Source of the DNA: Antechinus flavipes
Taxonomy: Eukaryota
Length of the DNA: 64,000 bases
NCBI RefSeq assembly: GCF_016432865.1
Contig: NC_067402.1
Span: forward strand, 275,776,001-275,840,000
Reading direction: 5' to 3'
Position numbers and translations under genes: made by a program. The notes below the pieces were generated by a model, which was not told where the DNA came from, did not search any database, and was given only the letters and a program-made list of their open reading frames with translations. Below, in pieces: positions 37,425 to 48,378 of this stretch. The first letter of the stretch is position 1. Each line of letters begins with the position of its first letter.

Positions 37425-37507
37425 GCCCCTTTTGGCTACTCCTTCATTCATGGTATTCATAAGGTCTTCTATCTCAATCCATAGCTCAGAAACTTCAATT
37501 AAGTCAC
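37425..37507 (-). other. Candidate exon D (GDLIEVSELWIEIEDLMNTMNEGVAKR); 3' boundary unresolved
   Basis: Long pyrimidine tract ending ttggatcag; a 105-nt GT-AG interval from exon C keeps the frame; no convincing donor. Confidence 0.2.
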
Positions 37508-37612
37508 CTGATCCAAGTCGGAATAAAACAAAAGACAGAGATAAATAAAGCAAAGGGCATGTTCTTAAAACAGAATGCAAGATAAATAACTGAGAGAAAA
37601 ATCTGTCCTCAC

Positions 37613-37844
37613 GTATCCAGTGGTGCAAAATCTTGCAGAGTTCACATTCTAGGCTTGTATCCATGAAAGGGCACTTCTCCTCCCCTCTGGCTACTTCCTT
37701 GAAGAGCTGCTGATGTCATTTGCTGGGCTGCTTCCTCCACGGAGCTTGAAGTTGCTGATATCATCTACTAGGTTGCATTATCCACTGAGATGCTATTATC
37801 ATTTATGACTTTTCCACTGAATCTTAGCTTTTAGGGTCCCCCCC
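37613..37844 (-). other. Candidate exon C (232 nt)
   Basis: aactcttttttag acceptor, TAC|gtgagg donor; all incoming frames closed; internal ATG gives MDTSLECELCKILHHWI. Confidence 0.3.
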
Positions 37845-38191
37845 CTAAAAAAGAGTTTTTATAGCTCTCAGTGATTTCTCTCAGACCCATATCAAAAAAA
37901 CACAGCAAAACTCTTTATGTCAAGTCTGTCTTTTTTAGTGATTTTCCTTTCTTGGGAAGAATTCTCCATACTTGCTTAATATTTCTGTTGGGATCAGTAC
38001 ATTCCTATCTATAACATCATGCCCCTGATATCTACTACCGGAAATGCCCCTAAGGGACTCAAACATTTTTTTTCAGGGCTCTTGCTATAAAAATAATGTG
38101 ATTGAAATATATTGCAAAATTCATAGGGCTATTTGAGATATACTGATTTATCAATAAGATTTAGAGGAATGAGGAGAGAAGAAAGACTTAC

Positions 38192-38337
38192 ATATTTGTT
38201 TATTGTCCAATTTGTGTATGTGAAGATTTTTTTGTAAATTCCAAGCACCATCTTTTTTGATTCAGGTCTAGGAACTATTTCTCCATGTTCTTTATTATCA
38301 AATTCACCACTCCTGTCAAATTTCATATCTCTCATGG
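38192..38337 (-). CDS. Candidate exon B (146 nt; MRDMKFDRSGEFDNKEHGEIVPRPESKKMVLGIYKKIFTYTNWTINKY)
   Basis: Strong ttcctacctctttcttaag acceptor and TAT|gtaagt donor; exactly one frame open; no homolog recognised. Confidence 0.4.
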
Positions 38338-40074
38338 CTTAAGAAAGAGGTAGGAACACATTACTTATGGTTCTTTTCACAAGAAAAATATGATTTAAAA
38401 GACTGAACTGTACAGAGCCAAATGGCTATCAAAATTTGAAATATTATTATTCACTTAACCACTTACATTACTGTGTATCCTGTATAACTGCTGAGGTTTA
38501 AAGAGTGAATGAATGTCCTCACCCATCTTCTTGGCTAGTCAAAACATTATTCATCAGATATTCCAAGAAAATAGCTTACAGACTGAGAGTTTACCACATT
38601 TTCATGTTGTAATTTGAAGTGACTTGTGATATCAACGAATGATAAATCTAGATGTACTTAAAATGATTTGATGAAATCTGGGACAAATAGTATTGCTATG
38701 GAGAGGTAGGCAAATGCAGAACATTTTCTCTGACTATCATACAGGTATCTGTGATTATTGGAATCCAGAAAAAACATCTTCTGGGTTCTTGACTTTTTCA
38801 TTTAGGTTACGGGGGGGAGTAGTGTTTTTGACCTTAGGAGTTTCAAAGTTTAGGAGAACGAGTCACAGGAATCCAGGGAAGGTATTGTAATCAGTCCATC
38901 ACTAAGAAATCATGAAATTATTCCCATTTTGCCAATGAGGAAACAAGGCACAAATTTTCCCAGAGTTAGACAGTTGGGGTAGTGAACGAGGGTTTTCCTG
39001 ATTCAAACTACATTTTATTCTCTGTGCTATCTAACTGCCTAGAAGTTATTGCCCGTTATTGAGCACATTGTTTCCAGTGAAATACTTTTGTACAGATTGG
39101 GCCTTTCTTATTATTATAATTACCTCAGGGCATAAGCTTAATAGCAAGAACATTGTGTCAAAGGGCATGGACATTATGGTGACTTTTATTCTATGATTTC
39201 ATACATGTTTCCAAAATGATAAGAATCATTCCATTGCTGATATTTTTGGTTTTTATTTCAGTACTAGATGAGCTTTGTCTTTGAGGCTGATTTTGTATAT
39301 TTTACCAGCAAGATATAATTTATCATTGTCTGTAGTCTAGTGTTTTTGTTCATTTCATCTCCCCAACACCTGCCAAAACTTGGAACAATATAGGATATTT
39401 TCTATGCAGCAATCTGATGTCATGGTCTTTGAGAATGAAGACAAACGATAACAAGTTGATGAATTTAATAATAACTAAGGGAATAATGTGTTGTAGTGGG
39501 CTAACAGCCTGAAGAAGTGGGTTCTAATCTCAGCCTTGTTTATTTTGACAAATCACTTTTCTTCTTTGTATCCTTGACTTTGGTTTTCTCATCTGTCGTG
39601 TTGGATTAATTCAAGAATCTCCAGGAACTTTTCTATCTCAAATTTGGTAAGTTTACATGTATATGATGACTTCACATTTGCATATCATCTCATCATCAGC
39701 ATAAACTTGTGAAGTACAAAAATATGACAAACTGCAAAATTAGGGAAGGCACCCCAAATGTTCACGGGAATTATTTGTGTCAGACTGGTCTGATCAGCCA
39801 CGATTGGATACACTCGACTCTAACATAGTGATACCATTTTGGTCCTCTTCCAGAACAAAGGGCAATAGCCACCACCAACACTAATCTACTAAACTAAGGT
39901 AGTAACTGAGGATTTGGGTGGTAGCATGAGTCTCTTGCTCAAGTAACCTTTTTTTTTTTTTTTTTAAGTAAACACAAACTCTTCAAAACTTGTCATTTAA
40001 AGCCCTCCTAAATCTGACTCACAGCTACCCTTCTAGACTTAATACATATTATTTTCTTTAACTCATGCAATATT

Positions 40075-41870
40075 ACTTTCTCCCCCCATTTTATTTTATT
40101 CATTTATTTTTAATAACAGATTTTTATTTTCAAAATATATGTAAAGATAGTTTTCAACATTCATTCTTGCAAAACCTTGTGTTCCACATTTTTCTCCCTT
40201 CCTTCTGCCCTACTTCCTTCCCTCGACAGCAAGTAATCCAATATATGTTAAACATGTGCAATTCTTCTATACATATTTCCACATTTATCATCAACATTAC
40301 TTTCTTTCACACACTCAACAGGCACGTCGGTCTGACCCATTGGTCATTTCCTGTTTAATATTCCTTCTATGGATCTTTGCAAATGCATTCCTTCCTGACT
40401 TCTACTTTTAGACTCGGCTCAGGGGGCAGCTCCTTTAAGATATTTTCTTTAAATTCCTTCCCCAAATTTCTCCTCCTCTTCAAATCATTATATATATATA
40501 TTTAGTTAGTTAGCAGTTGATTTGTTGTATCCCCAAAAGACGAGATCTACCTTCATGGCAGAGACTGTCTTCCATTTTAATTTTCCATATCTATCATCTA
40601 TCATAGTACATGTCAAATGCTTATAAATCAATGGACAAATGCTGATTGGGGATCACATATAAAACCCTCTGGCAGTCAAAGTCCTTTTGTTCTAGTCTTC
40701 TTCCTTTACACCTCTTCAATAAAGCTGACCTCTTGGATGTTCCTTAAATATGATTCCACATCTTGAGATGGATGTGCTATTTTATTGGCAGTCTCCCACA
40801 CCTGGAATGCTCTCATTCCTTCCTTCTGTCTTGCAGCTTTTGTGGCTCTCTTCAAGATTCAGCTAAAATCCTACTATCTTCAAGAAACCTTTCTTGATTC
40901 CCTTCATGCTTCCATCTTCTGAGGGATTCTAATTTATCTTATCCCTAGATTGTTTAAGTAGTTCTCTTCTTATTTCACTCAGAATCCTTTGAGGGCAGGG
41001 ACTATTTTTGCCTTTCTTTGTATCTTTAGAGCTTATCATAGTTCCTAGCACACAGTAAGTGCTTCATTGATGCTTGAATTATTTTTTTTTAGTTTATTTT
41101 AAATATACATTGTTTTATGAATTATGTTGGGAGAGAAAAATCAGAGCAAATGAGAAAAACCATAGGAGAGATAAAAAAGAGAAAAAAGAAATGAATATAG
41201 CATGTGTTGATTTACATTCAGTCTCAGTTCTTTTTCTGGATGGACATGATATTTTCTGCCCAAAGTCTATTGGGATTGCTTTGAACCAAAGCTTTCATAA
41301 TTGATCATTACACAATTTTGCTATTATTTTGTACAGTGTATTACTGGTTCTGCTTGTTTCACTCAGCATCAGTTCACCTAAATCTTTCCAGGCTTTTCTA
41401 AAATCAGCTCGTTCATCATTTTTTTATAGAACAATAATATTCAATTATTTTCATGTACCATTAATCCATATTTGTTAACTGACTTATTAAGTACTTACTC
41501 TATGTCAGGTACTGTGCTCAACAGCAGGGTTACAAAAAACAAATAAAAAAAACCAGTCCTTGTCCCAAGAAGCTTGCATCCTAAAGGGGATGACAACTTG
41601 TATATAAAGTATAACATACATACATACATACATATATATAAGTGACCTTAGGGGAGGAGGCACTAATCATTAAGGGGACCAGGAAAGGTTCCCTGTAGAA
41701 GGCTGCATTTGAGCTGAATCATATTGAAAAGCAGGGATTCCAAGAAAGAACATGCTGAGTGTGAGAGATCCCCAGTACAAAAGTGTAAGATGAAAGATGA
41801 AGTGCTGTTTGTGAGGAAGAATAAATAAACCAATACAGCTAGACTATAAAGTTGGGAGGTAGGGGGTGGA
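40075..41870. mobile_element. Repeat cluster: L1 3' (-, 40075-40290), L2 (+, about 40370-41075), L1 3' (-, 41076-41455), L2 3' (-, 41465-41870)
   Basis: L1 3' UTR motifs (cagcaagtaatccaatatatg; ggagagaaaaatcagagc) and L2 end motifs (ttgagggcagggact...tcctagcacacagtaagtgct; ttattaagtacttactctatgtcagg). Confidence 0.75.
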
Positions 41871-41871
41871 T

Positions 41872-42115
41872 CAGATTGTTGTTTTTCAGTTGTGTTCAAT
41901 TCTTTATGACCCCATTTGGGGTTTTCTTAGCAAAGACACTGGATTGGTTTGCCATTTCCTTTTCCAGCTCATTTTACAGATGAGGAAACTGAGGCACCCA
42001 GGATGATGTGATTTGCCTAGAGTCATACAGGTAGGAAGTATCTGAGGTTGAATTTGAATTTAGGTCTTCTTGATTCTAGACCTGGCACTCTCTCCATTGC
42101 ACCACCTAGTAGTTT
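41872..42115 (-). mobile_element. MAR1-type SINE
   Basis: gttgtttttcagttgtgttcaattctttatgaccccatttggggttttcttagcaaag...ctccattgcaccacctag. Confidence 0.85.
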
Positions 42116-42289
42116 CTTTCTTAGAGGTAATACGTTATTTAATGGAATTCAAGTTGTCCAAAGTTAATCGCTAGTACCTGGCAGAACCTGGAGCTTTCTG
42201 ACTACAGGTCTGGGAGGGGGGGTCTTTTCACTCTGCCAGGAAACTTCTCTTTATGGGATTGACCTGAAGACATACTGCCTCAAAGCCTG

Positions 42290-43330
42290 TTGTGTTTTGC
42301 AAATCATTTATTCTTCTCATGAACACATTATGGGATTATTCGGTGATTTTACAAAAATAAGTAAATAAGCCCAAAGGGTCTCCTTGTTTTAATAGGGACA
42401 GAAGCATCCCGTGCCTGGATCAGGAATTGTTTGAACTGGAGTAGGGGGCAGAGGGGAGCTTAGCAAAACATCCATCCCGAAACCACCAGAACTGAGTGAC
42501 CTTTAGGAATAGACTCTGTACGGAAAGTCCTAAGCAAACACTATATTGGAGATTTATTTTGTCTCTGCCTCACTGGTGGCTTTTCTCTTGTTTAAATAGC
42601 TTTACACATCCACAGCTAGGCCTCCTTAGGTATGATTAAGTTTGATCTTTTAAAGAACAACATCAGTTTATTTTCAAATTCAGGCTCTGGTCTTTGGAGA
42701 CCAATATCCTTTTCCTTCTCCATATTTTGCCACTGAGAGGCCTGGGGTTCTGCCAAAGAAATGTATTAATAAATTAAAGCTTGCGATTTTCGTTGTCATG
42801 TGAACCAGAAATTGGCTCTCAATGAGATGAAGCAGCCAATTTAACAGGGCATGTACGTGTATTGGATTAATAATGAGCATGTCTCCAATAGAATGACTGA
42901 GCAATCTGGGGTTTTGTGGTTTGTTTTTAATTTGTAAAAAAAGTATGATCTACCAGGCAGAAAGGCACTCGGCCGACTCAGGGTGGGTTTATTTGGAAAA
43001 ATACATGATTTTACTTTTATCAGATGTAGCGAATTTATTTGACAAGGACCCTTGGTTTAACGCTGTAAGGGAGTGTTGAGGGAGTTCCCTGATTGATCTG
43101 ATGAGCTTTCAGAGTGGTAGATTTTATAGGGAAGTTTGATGGTCTTCTTCCTATGTGGGGAAGAGGCCTGACCTTTGGCACCTCAGGGAGAACGGGTTTT
43201 AGTAATTAAAGAATGAATTTATTGGCTCAGATAGTTAAGGGAGAAGCCGCTGTTTTGTGGGGGTCGGATAAAAGGAAGTTTTCAATTGCATATTCAGCCT
43301 TTTCCCTCCCCCAAACCCCGCTTTGTGGAA
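42290..43330. promoter_or_regulatory. Enhancer/conserved-noncoding-like unique block
   Basis: Repeat-free; retains CpGs; dense TAAT/ATTA motifs and four CCAAT motifs; conservation not tested. Confidence 0.4.
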
Positions 43331-43709
43331 TAGGATAGAGTGCAGCAGAATTAAAAATATGACAATGGACTGGGACAATTGGTAGCTCTACCTGTAATTT
43401 GTATCCCAATTCAGGAGTAGCTTGCTACATGAGAACCACAGGTAATTTTAGCTATATAGCCCAGGAGTAGAATTCCTGGTCCTCAGCTCGTATAGTAGAA
43501 GGTAAATTTCATGAATGGCTGAATCTTAGAATCCAATCTTCAATCAAAGAAAAGGGGACTTTTTTTTTTTTTTTTTTTGCCAGCTTGCAGTCTTGGGATT
43601 ACCTCACTAGAAGTCCCATGTTATCAGGGACCCTATATTCTATTACATAGAAAATGCAAAAATCACATAAAAAGAGTCAACATAGATCCATTTCTCTCCA
43701 TATATAATA

Positions 43710-43880
43710 CAGTGCAAGGATTGTGACCCCATACAGGGTCATGTAACTGAATGTGGAGGTTGCAAAATCATGATTTATTAGCAGTGAATGTTTGATTGCA
43801 TTCCTATTTTATAACCTATATACTCAGGATGGTGTAAAAATTTCTCAGGCAAAAAGAGGTCCTGAGTGGAAAAAGGAAGT
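43710..43880. mobile_element. hAT-Charlie-type MITE relic
   Basis: gtgaccccatacagggtcatgtaactgaatgtggaggttgcaaaatcatgattt...aaaaatttctcaggcaaaaagaggtcctgagtggaaaaag. Confidence 0.55.
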
Positions 43881-43899
43881 CCTGGTATAATATATATAT

Positions 43900-43953
43900 A
43901 GTTTACAGTATAGTTTTATATATATGTATACAGAGAGAGAGAGAGAGAGAGAG

Positions 43954-43984
<31 letters not shown>

Positions 43985-44100
43985 AGATATAGTTTTAGTA
44001 TATATAGGCATATAAATAGGGGCATAAATATCTAAAATAAGAATATTGGACTTGCATATATTATAAAGTATAGGTATATATAGAGAGATGTAAATATATA
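43900..44100. repeat. (TA)n/(GA)n/(GAAA)n tract
   Basis: Direct reading. Confidence 0.9.
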
Positions 44101-44659
44101 AAATCAGAAGGCCCATACAAAGTTCTTGAGCACTTTTCTTAAACGTTCCCTCAGGTAAAGTAGTTTAAGGAAGAACGGTCAAATCTCAAGTTATTCAGAA
44201 CCAAGGAACAGGTTGTTCTATGTAACCAAGTGGGATCGAACTCTTTCTACAATTTTTTAAGCATTCCCATGCCCTCTAACACAGTGTATATAAACATCAT
44301 TTAAGCTGTTCTAGATGACTAAGGGTCACTGATCCAAGAATAAACCATAGCCTGGTGCTCTAATGTCTTCAGGGTGTATGGAGGTATTTGAAGCAATTTA
44401 TCCCAGACTGCTTTGCTTTTGTTCTTATTCTATCTTATTTTGATAGTTGCTCTGTCTCCTCTTTTGCTGTCAGGTATTGGCACTTATCACTCCTTTCAAT
44501 GTGTTCACTCATAAGACTCTCTCCCTTTTTTTCTATTCTACTGTGCAAATATTCATGGTTATTATATACAATGGGTCAATAAGCTCCCTATACACAGATC
44601 TATTCATGTCACTCTTGTACTCAAAATCCTCCATCATCTTATTGGTAATTCAATCAATA

Positions 44660-44820
44660 ATAATTTCTATGCTGCTTTAGGGTTTGCATATATTATCTCA
44701 TTTGATCCTCACAGCAATCCTACCTAGTAGGTATTATCAATCTCATTTTACAGATGAAGAAACTGAGGCAGAGAGGTGAAGTCCAGAATCACATGGCCTA
44801 GAAGTGTCTGAGGCAGGAAT
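44660..44820 (-). mobile_element. MIR
   Basis: ctcatttgatcctcacagcaatcc...cattttacagatgaagaaactgaggcagagagg. Confidence 0.8.
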
Positions 44821-45074
44821 TATGTCAATCCCCCTTCCTCTACAGCTATATTACAATGAAAGTCACTTATCCTTCCGATTGAGCAATTATCCATTGAACA
44901 TTTAAGTGTGTATTAGTTTCTCTTGTCAGTTGGAAAATAATATATCAGAGAGATATGAATACCAGTGACCAGTGTCTAATGACTGAGACTTGCTCATAGC
45001 AATAGCAATTTTCTCTCACAACTATTTGCAAAAACACACACACACCAAAAAAAAACAAAACAAAACAAAACAAA

Positions 45075-45315
45075 AAAAAATCTTTCAAAATCATATAGAA
45101 TGATTTTTCTTGTGCAGCTAGATAACTGTATAAATCTGTATACATATATTGGATTTAACATATATTTTAACATGTATTAGATTACCTGCCACTGAGGGGA
45201 GGGAATGGGGGGAAGGAGGGGAAAATTTGAAACAGAAGGTTTTACAAGGGCCAATGTTGAAAAATTACCCATACATATGTTTTGTAAATAAAAAGGTTTA
45301 ATAATAATAAAAAAA
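45075..45315 (+). mobile_element. L1 3' end
   Basis: gatttttcttgtgcagctagataactgtataaat...ttgtaaataaaaaggtttaataataataaaaaaa. Confidence 0.85.
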
Positions 45316-45879
45316 GGATAAGACCCTACTCGGTTCTACAAAAAAATAATCATATGGAATCATATTTTTATCATTAAATTACACCAGTCAAGGCTGTGTT
45401 TGAGACAGTAACCCTTAACTAAGATCCTTGAACTAAGATTTATAACACAAAATTGTGTCATTTTCACCTTTCAATTTTCAAAATTATGCAGATCCTCTAA
45501 CAAGGAGAAAAACTAGGGCAAAGGTCCTTATTTTTTTTTTTTTATTGTCTTGGATCCTAACCCCTTTCTCAGAATTATGTTTTTCAATGCATAAAATAAA
45601 ACAGGGTTATAAAAAATCAATTATCCTGAAAGTTATCAAAATATATTAAAAACAAGTCTGGATACCTCAATTGAAGAACTCCTGGAGAGACAAAACAATA
45701 AGAAGAAAATGAAAGGTACATCGCAACCTAGTCTATGAATAAAGACTGAGAGCTGAAATCATTCCAAGCCTTCTGGTTTTTCTGGAGGCTGCTGGTATTA
45801 CAACTCCCCTTTCTCTAGAGCTCACAAATAAAGTCCTGCCGGTCCCTGTGGAGAGACAGAAGTTTAGGGAAGAGGCAAG

Positions 45880-47760
45880 AGTCTTGGCTCCTTGGTAGCC
45901 ACTGGTTCTTTGTCTTACTCAAAGAGGTTTTTGAGGTTGGGGTGCAGGTACAGAGTGTTCCCTTGTGGCTAATCAGTTCATCCTGAGCTCCAAAGGCTCC
46001 ACCACAGGTCAGGCACAGGGAATGGAGGTTTCTCTAGATTTGTGCATCTCGTGTTCCCTTTGTGCTACTGGGATTCTGCTTTGCTCATGGGGTGGGCACG
46101 CCATGCTGGACAGTTCTGTGCCAGGGCTTCCCACATCTTACAAGCACGGTCTCGAATGCTTTTCTTGCATGAGTTCTCCATCAAATGGTCTTCCAGGGAA
46201 GTGGTATTTGGGCCATGTGGCTCTCTGCAGTAGAATGTGAATGCCGGGTTCCCTTTGGCTTGAGGGCTTCAGTCTCCGGGATCTTATCTTGCCAGGTTAT
46301 CTTGGGCGCCTTTCTAAGACAATTCTGATGGAAGCAGCTCGACTTTCTGGCACGATGCTGACAAACTCTCTAGGTTTCACAGACGTACAACACTGAAGTC
46401 AGCATGGCAGCTTTGCAGAGCGTCAGTTTGGTATGTGACCTAATTCCACTTCCTTCCCACACTTTCTTTTGGAGTTTCCCACATGCAGAGCTAGCTCCGT
46501 GTGCACATCAACCTCATCCTCCATGTGGACACACTGGGAATACACCGCCAAGGTGAATGCACTTATCCGTAGCCTTCAAAATGTCTCCATTTGCTGGACA
46601 AATGGACGGTATGGTGCTCCCTAAGGTAGAATCTCTACTTTCTCGGTATGGGCTGCCAGATCAAAGCTAATACAATAGGTCGAGAACTGATGCACACTTT
46701 GTTGTACCTCACCTCGGAGGCTGCACTAAGTACGCAATCATCAACCTTTTAGTCTTAGCTTGCAGCCTTGAGAAGGCTGGATGGAGCAGCTCTATTTTCT
46801 CTATTTTTTGAAAAGGTTAGTCTGTCATCAGTGTGTCAGTTGACCTTGATGCCATTTTTTGTCCTAGTTGAAGGCACTTGACAACATCACGGGAAACATC
46901 ATGCTGACAAAGCATGGGAGCAAGCACACAGCCCTGCTTTCCTCCATCGGTGACTGGAAAGGCACGGGAGCATCATTGTTTGTCCAGAACCTATGAAAGT
47001 ATGTCAACAGGAAACTTGCAAGGCTGATGATCTTCTCTGGGCAACCAAACTTTGCTGGGATCTTCCACAAGCCCTTACAACTGACAGCTTCGAAAGCTTT
47101 GGGCAGGTCAATGCACCCTGTGTACAGAGCTCTGTTCTGCTCCTGGCATTTCCCCTGGAATCGTCAGGCAGCAAACCCCATGTTACTCATTCCTCAGCCC
47201 TTTCTGAAGTCACACTGGCTCTGATGGCCATCTTCCAGGAGGAGCAACCAATTAAGGAAGACTTGGGCAAGAATCTTACCAGCAATGAGAGAGAGAGAGC
47301 GTTCTGTGATTGTCTCAGGAACAACCTATTTCCTTTTTCTTTAAAGAGATGGACAGTGGAGGTCATCTTGATCTCCTGGGGGATGATGTCATCTTACCAT
47401 AAAACCCAGAAGACTTTAGCCAGCTTTTGTATGAGCAGTGTGGACTTCTTGCCTTGTAGATACCTGTTGGAGTGCTTTGCCATTAAGAGACGAGCCTAAT
47501 AGTATTCAGTACCTCTTTTTCAGTTGGAAATTCAGCTTGAGAGGGATTTCAACTAGAGATATGGTCATAGCTTCAGCATTGGTTGATGATGGTGTTAAGA
47601 TCACTATGGATCATTGGAGGGACCCCATGGGAGGGGAATATTCAGATAAAAATATATAGATTTATAGCTCTCTATGAATTTGTGATTCCCTGGAGGATGG
47701 CACCTTGAAGATAGATGGTAACCCCACTCATTTCTTCTCATTCTGTGTGATTCTTTCCTC
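45880..47760 (-). mobile_element. RTE-clade (BovB/RTE1-like) LINE relic covering the RT and C-terminal region
   Basis: Minus-strand pieces KFGCPEKIISL, DAPVPFQSPMEESRAVCLLPCFVSMMFPVMLS (cf. GVKQGCVLAPTLFSMMF) and DDCVLSAASE (cf. FADDCALNA); many stops and deletions. Confidence 0.85.
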
Positions 47761-47829
47761 TTCATCCTGAAATATTTTTATGGAAAGTTTAGGCAATTGC
47801 TCATTGTATGATGTCAAGAGATACCAAAA

Positions 47830-48000
47830 TAGACTCTTCTGACAAAATGTAGAAATATGGTGTCTAGGATGAAGTAAGCTACTATCCTATCTTGTGTCTT
47901 GATTGAACTATAGCTGAGAGGTTTGGTCCAGTTTTGGGAACGTTTTAGGAAAAGCATTCTGGGACACATGCAGAGGAAGGTGAATGGGATGATGCTGGGA
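47830..48000 (+). mobile_element. L3/CR1 3' fragment
   Basis: gtttggtccagttttgggaacgttttaggaaaagcatt...atgcagaggaaggtgaatgggatgatgctgggactgga. Confidence 0.55.
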
Positions 48001-48307
48001 CTGGAAGCTTCAGTGTATGTGTGTGTATGATTTATGGCAGAGAAAGTATCTGGCCTGTAGGCAGGGGATCAGGAGAGATCAGAGCTCCAGCCCTTCCCAG
48101 AAGTCACTCCTCTCTAGATTGCAGTTTCATGATCTTTAAGAGGACAAACTACATGTTCTTGAAACCCCTTCTATCTTTCAGGTTCTGTGGTCCAAGGACT
48201 GGCTCTCTCTGGCTTGAGCCCATAGTTTAACACTTCTGTGGTCCAGCAAGACACTACTCCTTTGGGGAATTTCAACTGCAAACTAATGAAGTGCACGGAG
48301 AACTGAC

Positions 48308-48378
48308 CTTGAAATTGGGACAACCCACGTCCAAGTTCTGACCGACTATGTGGTCTTGATCAAGTCGGGCCCCAGGTC
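48308..48378 (-). other. Candidate exon A (71 nt; phase 1 GPGARLDQDHIVGQNLDVGCPNFK)
   Basis: cggacgtcctcacag acceptor, AAG|gtcagt donor; CpG-rich island; one frame open. Confidence 0.3.

Noticed and set aside
46993-47499. 168-aa plus-strand ORF
   Set aside because: Antisense reading of the RTE relic.
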